DNA of 63,973 nucleotides, the filler included, from Reticulomyxa filosa (lineage: Eukaryota > Protista > Foraminifera): NCBI GenBank assembly GCA_000512085.1. It is 25 parts of 25 records of this genome, joined end to end, with 100 filler letters (N's around TTAATTAATTAA, not from the genome) between each part and the next. Parts side by side here need not be neighbours in the genome. Positions count along the whole stretch, not along the records: positions 23,608 to 30,353 come from ASPP01002352.1; positions 30,454 to 32,375 come from ASPP01019157.1; positions 32,476 to 37,724 come from ASPP01019804.1; positions 37,825 to 40,491 come from ASPP01005691.1; 21 more parts are not named here. The stretch is one strand, 5' to 3'. This document shows, in pieces, positions 24,366-38,705 of the stretch. Every line of letters starts with the position of its first letter. The first letter of the stretch is position 1. The notes below the pieces were generated by a model. It searched no databases. It saw only the letters and a program-made list of their open reading frames with translations, and was not told where the DNA came from. Position numbers and translations under genes: made by a program.

Positions 24366-26899
24366 TGTCGCGAAATGCTTACAATTTATTGCTGAAGAGA
24401 AACAATTAATCCGCGATACAAATGCGTATAATTAAGAAGCGCTTTAACACTATAGAGCTCCTTGCCAGCACAAAAATAAACTCCACCAACCAAAAACGAA
24501 TTTTTTTTAAAAATATGCTGCGTCAACAAGAGAAAATAAAAAAGAAAAAGACATTTTTCAAATTAAATGGAGTCAAAGAGTTAAAAGAATAATTTTAAAT
24601 TTAATGTTATTCATAAACAGCATCTGAAGATTGTAAGATATAATGACTAGTTCAGGCAATATTTTTATGTTTTTAAACTTACTATTTTTCAATATTCGAA
24701 TGCATACCAATTCATGCAAGTATTTTCTTTCCAGAACTGATACTAATGGCTTTTTGTTGATAAGTTGCTTTATACCCTTGATGAAAAAAAATAAATCATT
24801 GTTACATCTTCTAAAGCAAAGCTTCAAAAGCTAGTTGCTTGAGAAAAGTTGAACAGTATATCGACGAACATCATGGCATAATAATGTTAAGTTTTTTGGA
24901 CTTTCATAACAATATTAAAACAACAGACTAGTTGGAAGGAATGACATCACAAGAAAGCACGAATTCGATCAAAGAAGAAATTTCAGATTATACAATGACG
25001 TAGATGCATCAAGCTGTTCTCAAAGACCTTTTTCATAAGATTTCATTTGAATTTTTTTGTTATGAAATTTTTGAAGATTTTTGAGATAGTAGCTAGTTAA
25101 CCATTAACAAATTTTTTAATTGATCTTTTAACTATGGGTTAATTTTAAGAAAAAAAGGAAAAATGTTTAATTGCTGTCAGTATTTGTTCTTTTTAAAAAC
25201 TTTTTCAATTTATTTATGTTTTGTGACTGGGCTATGCCACTTTGGGGCGAGGTCATGTAACAATCACTATAAAAAAAAATACATTATCACAAAGAAAAAT
25301 TATCTAATTAATTTAGTTTTGTTTCCATTTTTCTTTTCAAGTGCCTTGGAACTGCCATCTGTCCTTGTGCTGCAAAACAAATCCTTTTGCAAATTGTTTA
25401 ATTCTTGCTTTGGAAGGACCGTTCACTAACTCGGAGCTAACAGACCAAGAGCAGAGGCAGCTCCTGAAAACAAACATCAATTGTAAATCTCTCAGGGCTT
25501 ATATCACAAGTTGAATCTTTTACATTGTTATCTTCAATTATTTTGGATATACCCTATTCAGCACCAATACGTATTGTTTTAATAATGCAGATTCACCCTA
25601 GATCCAGCTAGTCTCCAAAACCAACAACTATTGCTCCTGCAGCTGTTAATAAGCTATTTATTCCTTTGCAGAGGCTCTCTTTGCGTGCTCTTCGTTTCCG
25701 GCGATGGCATGAACAGCAGATACTCCATAAGCAACAACTGGAACTGATTCAAGTACAGTATAATGCAAAAGAAAGTTGACACATAAAATGGCACCTTATA
25801 AAGATGATTGATCTTCTTCATGAAAAAACAACAGCACTTCAATCTATCAAAATACAATTGCCATTTCACAATAAAAAACGACTGATGATATTATAAAAAT
25901 GAGACTGTATATGATATTAATAAAGCAATATTTATTAAAGGACAGAGTTTGACTTTAAAGTTCATTCAATTATATTTTAAAAAAATGTTTTGGAATTATG
26001 CTAAGTAGTTGTTAAACACAGCATCATTTTAATGCACTTCATCATTGTCAGGATCTTGCCCCAATAATTTCCAAAAACACAAAGGGAGAACAAACATTCA
26101 GTGCATTTTTTACTTTATATAATCATCAACCTCATAGTTTGAAAGGCATTGCTTTCAAGACCTTTTTTCTTTTAAAACGCGATTCAGTAAAGAAAATCTC
26201 TTGCTTTGTTCTTTTCCTTTGTCAATCAAAACGTGCGAAAGAAAGTAACTTTTGATTTGTTTGTATTTATAACAAGTATTCAAGATATATTGCAAATGTT
26301 TATTTCGAGATTTAATAAGTAGAAATTTTAAAAAATTCTGCATGACTATTTTTGGTTGAAGTATATGACTCTGACAAAGGAAACAAGATGAAAGAGTTTG
26401 ATGTTTTATTTTATATTTTATAATGTTCACATTAGCATTTTTGAATAATAGAAAAGGAGAAACTTTGTATTCTGTTATTTATGTTTTGATAGATAATGAC
26501 AAATGGTAATTGTATACAGGAATTCCATTTGAAGTATTTTTATATTGCTATTCAAATAGTAACACACATGATCATATAAAACAAATAAGGTGCGTAATGA
26601 ATCAAATGAAACAAGTCAATAAAGAGATAATGAATGATATTCGTAAAAATATTTCATTTGTGTTTATTTTGGATAATAATGAAAGATATTTTTTCAATTT
26701 AAATGAATGGGGAATGCAAAAATAATATAAAATTGAAAAATTATCCAAATTTAAATAAAATAATGGAAGAACAATCGTTGCTTCAAATGATATTGACTGT
26801 GTTAAAGTCATTAATGCAACAATATCAAAATCACAAATGTGTAAAGCATTCAGTAAACAATAAATTGATATTTATGTTAAAAACATTTCAAATAAATTA

Positions 26900-27290
26900 T
26901 CTGTATTTCAATAATATTGTCAAAATTTGGCACTTGGAAATGTTTATTCAAGGAAATCAAGCTGAAACAGAAAATAATTCAGACATTTGAAGGGCGTCAC
27001 AACCTTCATCAGGTGATTCCTAAATTTGTATCATAACACAGTTCGAGTGTATGTATTGACTGGAAAACCAATTTAAATATTAATGATATTCCAATGATAT
27101 GCGAAGAATACAAATTTCATCAGATGGTCCCAAAGTTATTTCATATTCAAAGACAAAACCATTCGAATATGGGATGTATCTTTAGGAAAATAAATTCAAA
27201 TACTAGAAGGATACAATGGAGTTATTAATTACTTTCATTTTTCATCCGATGATTTAAAATTAGTGTTATGTTCTAGTGATACAGAAAAAT
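26900..27290 (+). pseudogene. Degenerate WD40-repeat gene (second subfamily)
   Basis: Remnants KFSSDG..ISYSKD.TIRIWDVSLGK*IQILEGY...FSSDD, with stops and frameshifts. Confidence 0.65.
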
Positions 27291-29568
27291 TATTATTTGT
27301 TTACAAAGAATACGATTATTGATTAGCAATTGATGCCAATCTATTTTATCTAATGCTATCCAAATATTCTATAAAAGAAAGATGAATGTGTATAAAACAA
27401 AATCAATACTGTTTTGACATATTCAAATATTTCATATTTATATAAATTGATTTCATTGTTGAACTATCAGATAAAATGATAAATGGGCATATGACATAAT
27501 TTCATTTTTACAAACAAGCAGATTACAGATCTTTTAGATGCGTTTGCATAATTTTGTTTTAGAATAATCGCTGTAAATATGCTTAATTTTTTAAAAACTG
27601 TGTTTGATTCAAAAAAAAGATGCAGAATCCTTAATTTTTTTATTTTCGGGAAACATCATCCCATCTTCACACAAAGATTTTTTAAAGAGTTTTCAATTTA
27701 CAATAGACTCTGAAAAAGGGATGAAATTTTGTTATCATGCATACTAACATATTTCTTGTTTATTGTTGATTTTTGAAATTATGGACAAATAAATTTAGAA
27801 AAATTCTCTGCAAGTAGATAGCTCGTTTTCTAATCTAATTTTATCCTTTCCTAACAAAATCCATTCCAGAAAAAAACTAGATTAAAACTAAAACAAGAGA
27901 TTGTATATTTAATCATATTAATGTCGCAAAAAGCCTCTTTACAATGACCTCTACTTACAAATTATCACATCCCAAGTTGTGTTATCATCTAAAGAAATAT
28001 CAATCCACACTTTGTGCGTCAAATGTCTTTTAAACATATCATTTATGTAATCTATAAAATTTATGTTTTCACAGTTTTAATGTAATAATCAACTTGAAAA
28101 CAAGAAACAAACACATGTAAGTTTAGAAAAGTTGTGTTAAATTACACTTATTGTTTTAACGTCGAAGTTCCTTTTTTGATTTAAAGTTTTTGTTGAAAAC
28201 CTTTTGGAAAAAAAAACTGTAATATATTTGCATACTAATTTTGGATAAATTCTTTTTTAAAATTTTTTTTCTCTTCATTGAAAAAAAATTACATGATTGT
28301 AAAAACCCATTTTTCATATTACCAAAAATTTTTTTGAAAATTCCTTCATTACCATTGGAATATACATTCATTACTGTTGAGGAAAGGACACACTATAAAT
28401 ACATCAACACTGGAATGTGATAGTTTAAAGAAGACAATTGCTTCAAAATTTTAGTGGAAACGTGTTTGAATATATTATGGAACATTTTGAAATATCCTAA
28501 ACATATCAAATTAGAAATAAGAGTTTGTACAACAGCAATCCAAATGCAATCACTTAAGTGGAAATGTGAATATAATATTTGAAGACACGATATATCATTT
28601 ACACAATTTGGATTTAAAATAAAAGATGACAATATTTAGTATTATCCAAATGACGATATGAAATTATTACAGCGTGGATCAATAAATATTTTTAATGTGT
28701 GTTTGTTTTGTTATAACAAAACAAAATGATGTAAATATACATACTTGAAAACGTTTATTTTGTCAATAAAAAATTAAAAATAAATGATGCCTGTGTGTTA
28801 ATACACGATATTTACAAACATTTTCCGCATTATTACACATAATTATTTTGTTTAAATGAAATTTATTTTAACCTGGATTTGATGTTTTTCAAAAACATAT
28901 TTGTATGAACAAAGAATAGATAATTGATAAATTAACTCACATATGCGGAATAATTTACTTTTCTTTTTACAAAATGTTGGTGAACACGGATTAAAGTTCA
29001 TATCTTTATAAAAAGCTTTTGAACAAAAAACCTAGTGGAAAACATCATTAAAAACTCCAATCATTGTATAATGCAAGAAAAAAGAAAAGGATGAATGGAT
29101 AAATTTGTTTAAGATATCATAAAGCCCTGTTTTTTTTAATCTCACTAAAAGAATTTGTTTGCAAGTCTTAGCACAAGGATTTTGTATGAACAAAAACTAA
29201 ATATGAATACAATTTAAAGCTACAAAGTGTAAGCTATTTCAAGATTCTTAATAATTGATTTTTATCTGTCATTTTTTAAGGAAACAAGTTAATTCAAAAA
29301 GAAAGGTACAACGTTCGTGTTTCCGGTACTTTCGTTGTTTCAAGAAAAACACAAGACTATCACAAACAATGTTTGACAAATGGTATTACTTTTTCACTGA
29401 AAGTTCTAGATACATATATTTCAATTTTCATTGGCCAAATTATGTGCAATTGTTTTGTTTCATTAACCAAATAAAAAATATCCATATAAAATATTTTTTG
29501 TTTTCTCAAAAAGGGTCATGTCACAGCCCCTTTTTTAAACTTAAAAAAACTTCCTCAACATTAACAAC

Positions 29569-30353
29569 ATGGCCAAGCAAACTACAACACAAAAATCTCA
29601 TGAAAGAGAAACTGAACAAACTCAACAGCTTAATACTCACTTTCAAGCTTTGAAGGAGTTACCCATTTCACTAAGAGATTCTCAATGTGTGTTACATAAA
29701 CACGAACTCATCATTTGTGGAGGTCTTGGACAAAGAGCTTGTTATTCTTATCATACACTCAAAAATGAATACAAGTTTATCTGTGCGTATCCAAGTCATG
29801 TTAAATTATGGGGACACTGTGCAGTGAAACTGGTAGATAACAACAACAAACACAGAAATCAAATCACTTTGTTGTCTTTTGGTGGATTCAATAAACATAC
29901 ATTGGTGATGAAATATGTAAGTATTTGGGGTGATGACAACAATAGTAATAATGAAAATAAAAATGAAAATGTAATGAATGAATCAAGGGAATTAAATGAA
30001 TCAAATCAAACAAATCAAACAATTACAATCAATGGATTTCTTTCACGGACAATCGCAATCATCCGATTATCATTGGAAGGGATGATGACGATTATCGAGG
30101 AGTGCGTGCAGTGATTGGTGGAATCAACAATCATTTGTTATTCATCACTTATCTTGATGATAATATTAGTGTGTTTGATTTAAATACATTTCAATTTATT
30201 AAACATGATACTTTATCAGCTAATAATTTTATATGGTCTCATTGCTTTGTATCAAATTCAGAAAATGGACAAGGACAAGAAATGAAAACAAATAAACAAA
30301 ATTATCAAGTGCTGTTATTTAAACAGGATACAGGATTATCAATTGAATATGAT
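29569..30353 (+). CDS. Kelch-repeat protein, 5' part, frameshifted near 30015 (pseudogene or sequencing error)
   Basis: LPISLRDSQCVLHKHELIICGG...ACYSYHTLKNEY...GHCAV; RAVIGGINNHLLFITY continues in the shifted frame. Confidence 0.75.
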
Positions 30354-32324
30354 NNNNNNNNNNNNNNNNNNNNNNNNNNNNNNNNNNNNNNNNNNNNTTA
30401 ATTAATTAANNNNNNNNNNNNNNNNNNNNNNNNNNNNNNNNNNNNNNNNNNNNTTTTTACTTGAGTAAGTATTAATTTTTTGCTTGTATATTTGATTGGA
30501 AATGACCACATTGAGATCAGTGAAATTTTTTCAGTATACGTAAGAGGACGACAGCTTTGTTTTTATTTCTATGCTGTTCAATTTGTAATTTTGTCACTTT
30601 TTTAAACCTAAACTATAAACGTTTTTCTCACATAAGAAAAATAAACAATTTTATTTTTCGAAATATTTGCTTTCATTTTTGACTTATAAATTGTTGCACA
30701 TAATGCTACGTCATATTCAAGCATTCTGCATTGAATTGTACATGACAAACTGGAATTATATTGTCTCAAATATTTGAAATACACAACGAATTCAATCATT
30801 TCTTCGGTCTCAAAAAATATTTTTACCTCTTCTTTCGGTCAATTGATTAAAAAATCAATAGCATAAAGTGGTAACCTTTATGTTTTCATTTACACTTTGT
30901 AAAGGAAATGAAATACAATTAAAATTGAAATCATTAAAAATATTTTATTCTTTAGTGGAAGATCTTATATGATGAATTAAAAATATTAACAGAAATGTGT
31001 TTGATGATTGTTAATTTGTTTTAAAATATGCAATATGCATACACCATAAAATCTGGATTGTTCATATGAATTGAAAGTAAATAAAATAAGACAATACGCA
31101 ATGAATAGCATTGAAATTAAGCTTTTAGTGATAGAGATGTAAAAATACAAAATCACAGTTGTGACCATCAAGTTTAAAAGGAAGTGAAAGATCATTGGAA
31201 AAAGATTCAAGTAGATTATGGTAGTGATATTAATCAAGTACTTGATATTGTTGCAATCATGTGGGAAAAAGCAGAACAATTCAATTTTGATTGTATCTGA
31301 AGATAAAGACTTCCTTGATAAACAATCATAATATTAGATTATATGTTCAAAACACAATGTATATATTGAAATGCAAGTAATATTGAAGAATTTTACAACA
31401 TTGGAAGGATATACTGTCATTAAAAATTCAAAATTAAATCATTTATTCTATATACATGTACTGGCATGAAACTTAATAATCAAATAGAAGAAAAAGAAGT
31501 AAAACAAGCAAGCAATAAAACATTGACCAAAATCAATGATATAGTCTGTGAATGAACTGATGCAAAAGAAATCAAAAAAACTTCAAATTGTCATAAATCA
31601 CATTCTGAAATTTGGGTATTGAAACTGCCACAATTAAAAGGAGTAAGTAAAGAATAAATCAAGCCAAAAATGATATCAAATCAAAGCTGATTAAATTTGT
31701 GTATGATCAACTTTGTGAATTAAATTCAAAGGAAAAGCTATTTATGCAAATTTTATTTGAATATTTCAAGAAATATGTTAAATATATTCAACAATTATCT
31801 ATCAATTGCAAATTATTAAATGAAGAATTGTGATACTTTAATTTTTTCTGTTTTAATGCTATTCATCAAATCTAATTTGATATGAAAACATTATATATTG
31901 GAACACAATGAACGAGGTTTCAGGTTGGCCTTTTATTCAATTCTCTCTGTCCAATGTCAATTGTAATAGTCAAAAACTGGAATCGAAAAATTTTTTTAAA
32001 AAACATAACAGCTATTGAATATGCGACATCTTATACTGTAAACAATGGATTACCTTTTGTTGAAAGAAACAAAGTATTGTAGACAGAACACAAAAAAAAA
32101 TTAACTTAATAAACGCTTTCTTTTCATGATTTATTTTAAAAATAGTTGCTATATTTGTAATCAAAAATCTACTTGTTAACTCAAAAACAATAATGCAAAA
32201 AAGTGATAAATACAAATGATATAATATTTGTTTTAGTGAATTTCAAAATATATAATGACCTACAATTGCATAAAATAATCATTTATGTTTTGAAAATATA
32301 TTTATGTTATAAATCTATCAAAGC

Positions 32325-32375
32325 TAGGGCTTAGGGCTTAGGGCTTAGGGCTTAGGGCTTAGGGCTTAGGGCTTA
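32325..32375 (+). repeat. Telomere-like tandem repeat (TTAGGGC)n at contig end
   Basis: Six perfect TTAGGGC units plus partial flanking units; the G-rich strand runs 5'->3' into the contig end. Confidence 0.85.
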
Positions 32376-32475
32376 NNNNNNNNNNNNNNNNNNNNNNNNN
32401 NNNNNNNNNNNNNNNNNNNTTAATTAATTAANNNNNNNNNNNNNNNNNNNNNNNNNNNNNNNNNNNNNNNNNNNN

Positions 32476-35400
32476 TTTCTATCATCGATCAGATGTTGCA
32501 AAGCGGTGTTCTGCAACAGCAATTGGAAGCATTTTTGAGACGCTTGTTCGATTTCATCAGCGCTTTCTTCTTGCTTTTTTTCGTTGGGTTCATCGTGATG
32601 ATGAGTTTTGGAGACGTCATGTCGTCGTCGTCGTCGTCACTTCATTCATTAATAAACTAATATACGTATACCTTTCGACGAATCCCACAAAAGGAGATTG
32701 CTTTTTGAATTGCAAGTAATCCGCAAAGCGAAGAGTGACAAGTCTTTGTAACTTGTCGAATTTAAGTTTCCACAAAGGATCGAAGCTGAATTGCTCCATC
32801 AAATTGGGGTCCAAAAAGAACTTTTCAAAGCGACTTAAAAATGCGACAGGGGTATGGAGATCACTATTTTTGCATTCATGGAATGCTTCTTCCCTTGGTA
32901 CCACCACAATGCATCGGAATGTCTTTGCAATGCGACAACGAATGGATTCACCTCCAATGCAAATGCGACAAAACTTTTGTCCATCGACGGCTTGATATCT
33001 TTGATTGAGAACGTCGTACAAAGAGTCGTACAATTGTTCGAGTTTTAATAAGATACACAGTTTGCCATTGCTCATTGCATTTCTCACTCTTTCAATCGTG
33101 CGATACAAATAGATGGTCGAATGCATATCTCCTGAAAACTTGCTTCCGAATATCACTTCCGTTGACTCCATTGCCGCAATTCCAGAGTCGAATAAAATCT
33201 TCCACATCACCGGCGATTCCGTGATCAACATGATATTTCTCATATCTGGTCTTTGCAAGTCTCGAGTCTGCTCAATGTTGTTTCGAATCAAATGCAACGG
33301 CGAAAACTTGTTCCAAATGATTTCGGACTTTGGCAGAGCCCCTCCATAACAAAACCGAGCCAGTTTGGGGAACAAAAAGGATTCGGTTTGGTGTTGGGTC
33401 ATGCCTCCAAAGTTTCGCATTACGGCCTCCACGAGCAAATCATTGGTGAGTTCATTATGCACAGTGCAGGAATACTTTAAGGAACTGGCCAATGAATAGA
33501 AATCTCGATACCCATAAAAGTCGAATTCGAAAGGAGAAGTCTGTCTGTCTTTCATAATATTCTGATATAAATCAGTAATTTTGAGAACAGCGACGGATAA
33601 CTCCCGATTCAATTTGCTATCGTTACTACTTTCGCTGATGATTGCCTCTGCAGTTTTAAGCAACTCCTCGTCGTTGGGTTGCGTGACTTGGTGCAAGACC
33701 ATGCGATTCATCTTTGCAGCGTCCAATCTCCAATTGCTCAGTCCGATAAAGCCAATTTTCCTGTCTTTTTCTTCTTCCAATAGTCGGTGAAGCACTTTCA
33801 ATGGCCGATGAGGACTTTGTTCGGCAAGTCCCACTTCGTCTAACCATAGCACGACACTTCGATTCACTTTTATCGACATTTCTCCTGACGCCTTCTTTTC
33901 ATCGTCACACTCTCTGCCATTGCCATTGCCACTTGTCGCTGTACGCTTCAACTTTCTTGGAATGCAACCGCGTTGTCCCATCGCTTTTGGATCAAATCTG
34001 CCGTTGTCAACTTTGAACATTGAAACGACATGACAAAGAAGTCCTCGAATCCCAACTCTGTCAGTCGCTTGTTTTTGCTTGACGAAGACAAGTTGCTTTG
34101 GACTATCGCCATGGCAAGGGTCTTCGAAGAGCCAGGTCGTCCCACTACGATTGTCGGTGTCTTTGTGGCCAATCCAACCATCATTACAAATAGATTTTCT
34201 GAAAATGCTCGATTTTTTGCTATTCCTGGAGGAATCTCCAATGTCCTTATATATCTTTATTTTATTATATATGTATATATATATTTTTTTTGTTTTGTTT
34301 AAAATGTACTTTAAAAAAAAAAGTACCTTTTTTTTTTTAACCTTTGGAGCTCCATGTTAATAACATGATCAAACTCGATATCTCCTTGCAACGTCGTAAT
34401 ATGTTTGCTTATCAATTGGTTGTAAGCGGTCCTTTGCTGTTGGTTCAGACGATAATAATAGCACTGTGCAAGAGACAAAATAATGGCCTCCACGATGCTC
34501 AATCGACTCCCTTTTCCTTCACGGTTTCCGAAAAACCACGAAAACAGCATGTTTGTTCTTCGAACGTCACGCAATGAACAGACACTTCGATCTTTCAATT
34601 GCTCTCTGAATTTGTGTATGTATTTTTATTTATTTATTTTTTTTTTTTTAAAAAAAAAAATGAGATACGTATAACAATAGAAAAGCATACCTGACAAAGC
34701 ATTGAGAAGTGAAAATGAGCTGAATGAAGGCGAGTTTGAGTTGATCAAACTGTTCAATCGGGATACGAGCCGTCTCAACGAACGACTTTTGTGACCAAGT
34801 GGTGGTGGTCATTACTGCAATATACTGCTGTTCATCTGGGGCGGACAAAGAGCCAAAGTTCCATACATACGTTTGCAACGATTTGGGAAGTGGGAATACA
34901 CGATACACCAATTGACACATTTCCTTATCCAAATCGTCGGCATAATACTTTTTTACATTCCTTTCCTCCTCTTTGTCCTCCGCAATGTCACTTGCAGTTC
35001 TGTGTCGTCTTCGAAATGGATTCAAGGCGGCAATGATCACCACATTGTCTGGAAATGCCTTTCCTTTCAAACTGTGATCACACACCACTTCTTTAAACGC
35101 ACCAATTTCCGGACTCGTGTTGATTTCATCCAAAAATATCAAATAGGTTTGGTCTTTGTGTTGTTGTGCCTCCTTCAAAGGCTTCTCCAAATCCTTTTGC
35201 AAATGTTCGGCAGTGTACCCCCCATGAACGTCAATCGACGTCATATTGATGTTCAAAGCACTTGCCATGAATTTTAACAGTTTGGTCTTTCCACACCCTG
35301 TTTCACCCATGATCAATACCGGTATTCCCGATTTGATTCGGAAAAAGATGGCCACAATTTTTAAAAGATTATCAAAAGTTAATGCATAATCTTGATGCTC

Positions 35401-37724
35401 TTGCAATAATCTCTTCACTTGTTGCTTTCGTTTGGTTTCATCTGGACTTTCAAATCCACCGCAGATTTGCAATAGCAAATGCATTTTGATCGACTGGTCT
35501 TCTCTCTTCTCGTGATACACTCCATCTCTTTGCACCATGTCCGCCTTCTTTTTGAAGTCTTCTTCAAAGTTGTAAATATCCCATTTGTGCTGCGCTTGCA
35601 CCAATTTCCACTCCACCGCGTGGGGATGCACATTTTTGCTTAGATTCATCGACAGCAAAGACAAGGAATGTTCGATTTGAGCTTGTTGCAAGTCTTGTTG
35701 TAACGTGATCAGACTGTTCATACAAATTTGGATTGACTTTGCAATGGGGGTTTGATTGAGCAATACAATTGGAGGATCGGCCGTTTTCCACATTTGCACG
35801 AGGAAGAATTCTTCAATACCTTTAGATTCTTCTGCTTCTTCTTCTTTTTCTGTTTCTTTTTCTTCTTTTATCTCTTCTCTAAAGTCAATAGCAGTCGTAG
35901 GCTCATTGATCAAATACGAATTGCATGCAATGTCTTGGGCCGATTGGACCAACGAAAACACAACCATTTCGTGCAAAGGAATAACGTGCCTGTTCTTATT
36001 AGTCATTGGTACGTATTCGTTTTTAATGTACAAAAAGTTGTATACTTGCAGCAATTGTCTGTACATGAATTGCAAAAATGACTTGAATTGGACCAAGCTG
36101 TTCCACGCCTTTGGCGAATATTTGACAAGCAGTTGTTTGATTCTTTGTGTATCGACCGGTGGTGGATGTTGCGTGTGATCCCAATCCTTTCTGATTTGCG
36201 AATTGCTTAACAATCCTTTGTCCAATGCGTCCAAATATTTCAATACAAAGTACTCTTTTTCGGACAATGCCAATTGGTTATGCGTAGCGTGTTCCGGAGG
36301 ATTGGCATTTGGCACCGTCCTTAGATCGTCGATGACTTCAGAAAAAGGAATGGCCAAATCTTTGATTCGATCGCCAAAGAAATAGAACCAATTGAACACA
36401 TCCGACAGACGAGTCTTGACATGGGTGCTGGACAATTGTGTGGGCAGCTCTACCAAAAAGGCATGATTTTTACGTACACTGAAGCTTTCTCCATTGGCTT
36501 TGGTGATATAGCGTAGCACGAGCAATTGGAACATCATCGTGTTTACGTCTTTGCCAGCTTGACTGGAGATGTTGATATGGAACACGGTCAAATCGTCCGT
36601 GACGGGGGCACTGGACAGTCGATCGACAATAAAGTCGGTGTCAACCACACTCGTGTTGATAGGCACGTGAACAAAATACCCATCTTTTAAATTCAGACTT
36701 TTGGCTTTTTGTGCAATCACGTACGACTTGCCCACACAAGAATTTTGAGAAAAGTACACAATGACAAAGGGAGCATCGTTCTCCTTCTTCTGACGGAAAG
36801 CATCAAAGTCCGCGCACAAAACAGTGGTGTAAAAATCCTTGCTCTCGTTTTGATCCAAAATGGGAGGGTTGGTATCTCGGAATGCACTTAATGTCTGAGC
36901 CACCAAACATTGACTATTGGTGGTGATCACGGCCAATAAAGAATGAGACTTGGTCATGTAATTGGGCAAAATGCGAATCAGTCCTTGTTGCACTGGTCGA
37001 GTCAACAGCTCCGGCAATACCAGACAATGCAAAGCAATAGTGGCCGTGTCATGATTCACACTCCGAATCAAAAAGCACTCCAATTGTTCGATCGATGTGG
37101 AGTGATCACAAAACAGCACTCGACTGGCAATGGGGATTTGTCCTTGCGATAAATACAGTTTCACCACGTGCGACAATATCTGACTGTCTTGACAAATGTA
37201 TAAACGCGGCTGTCCTGGAAGCAGATATTTCACTGTCTTTTCATCTCCCACACTCTTTCCCGAGGGCTTTGTCACCGCTCCGAAACTTTCCAATGTCTTT
37301 CCCAATTCCTCCAGCATGTTTTTGTCTTCCCAATTCCAATTGCGTTTCGAGTCCACGTTGGCTTGGATTTGGGCTATCGTGATATCCGGATAAATCAACG
37401 AGATCTTCGACGCAATGGCGCCTATCGGGCCTCGCTTGTTCGATTCGACATACGCACGCAAACGCTCACATAAGAAACGCATGTCATTTACCGTGTAAAA
37501 TGAAAGTAATGGATATCTTTGTCTAAGCTTTAATTGTTATTATTTTTTATTTATTATTTATTGTATTTTTTTTTTTTTTTTTTGCAAATAATTAACATGT
37601 ACACATACATACCTCGGAGACATCGGATATCCACTTTTTCAAACACAAAGTCCATTGATTGTCAACGGCCTCAAACTTATCAATGCCATTAGAAAACTCA
37701 ATCATTCTTTCGATCTCCAACTCT
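32476..37724 (-). CDS. RNF213/mysterin-like giant AAA+ ATPase, internal fragment with introns; one-base frameshift near 33953
   Basis: LTFDNLLKI..IPVLIMGETGCGKT, FLDEINT, LVYRVFPLP, SLRDV, ENLFVM..VVGRPGSSKTLA, LDEVGLAEQSP..PLKVLH, IGLSNWRLDAAKMNR, FYGYRDFYSL, LYDVLNQ: RNF213 AAA-core motifs in the expected order. Confidence 0.92.
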
Positions 37725-37919
37725 NNNNNNNNNNNNNNNNNNNNNNNNNNNNNNNNNNNNNNNNNNNNTTAATTAATTAANNNNNNNNNNNNNNNNNNNN
37801 NNNNNNNNNNNNNNNNNNNNNNNNAAAAAAAAAAAAACTGACGTTCAGTTGTACCCTTTCAAAGGTTCATTGTCATATTTGTTGAAACACTGCACACAAA
37901 ACATGAGATCCACTTAACA

Positions 37920-38212
37920 CGTTTGGGTTCAGTTCTTCCTTCGCTTTTTTCATCAGTTCGTTTCGGAAGTTTTCACAGTGAAATACGTAAATGTATCGGA
38001 ATTGGTCCACCAAGTCTCGTACTTTCTCCATGTGTACTCGTTTCAAGTCTTTTGTTTTCTTCTTTGTTTTTGAAAAGGTTGGATGAACTGTTAGTTGTTT
38101 TTTTTTTTGTGCAAGTGGTTCCATGTCTCAGATTTGATAGTGATTATTTCGAAATATATTCATTTATCAGATTCTCTTTTCACTAACTATGCTTTTTTGA
38201 ACGGCGAGGCAT
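37920..38212 (-). CDS. MRT4: Ribosome assembly factor Mrt4 (uL10 paralog), N-terminus
   Basis: MPRRSKKH|IHPTFSKTKKKTKDLK..MEKVRDLVDQFRYIYVFHCENFRN matches the Mrt4 N-terminus. Confidence 0.85.
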
Positions 38213-38705
38213 AATTGATATTTGCTGGCTTTGCTGATTACAAAATGACTGGGGAGAAAAATTTTTTTCGAAAATGGGCTAGCTTTCGGTAGTCTGTCTT
38301 TTTGATTGCAGTTTTGTTTTTACACTTTTCCACTGATCTTACATTCCATTAATTTATAAATCGAATTTCCGATGAGTTTTTTCAAATAAATGTATCGAGT
38401 TTGTCTTTGTTAGTGGAAAACGGCGCTGCTATTTATTAGGGCTAGAATGTTTCAAGCTGATTACACATATTTGTTATCACGTAACAAAAAAATAACTTAA
38501 ATGCTGTGAGAAATTTTGTGCATTCAAAACAAAGAGCTTTTTAAAACTACTATTATTTTAAGAGAACACCGGTAAAGAAAAAAAAGAAACAGAGGACAAC
38601 AGCACCTTGGGACGTTTTTTTAGTTTGGTTAATTGTGAAAACTTTTTTGGTGATTCTGCAATCAAATTTTTGCCAAAAAAAGAAAATAACCTAATACTAT
38701 CGAAG

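Noticed and set aside
33940-33965. Frameshifts in RNF213-like (also CAP and SPRY-like) as programmed ribosomal frameshifting
   Set aside because: Each is a one-base change at a short homopolymer with no clear slippery heptamer plus structure; homopolymer sequencing error is more likely.
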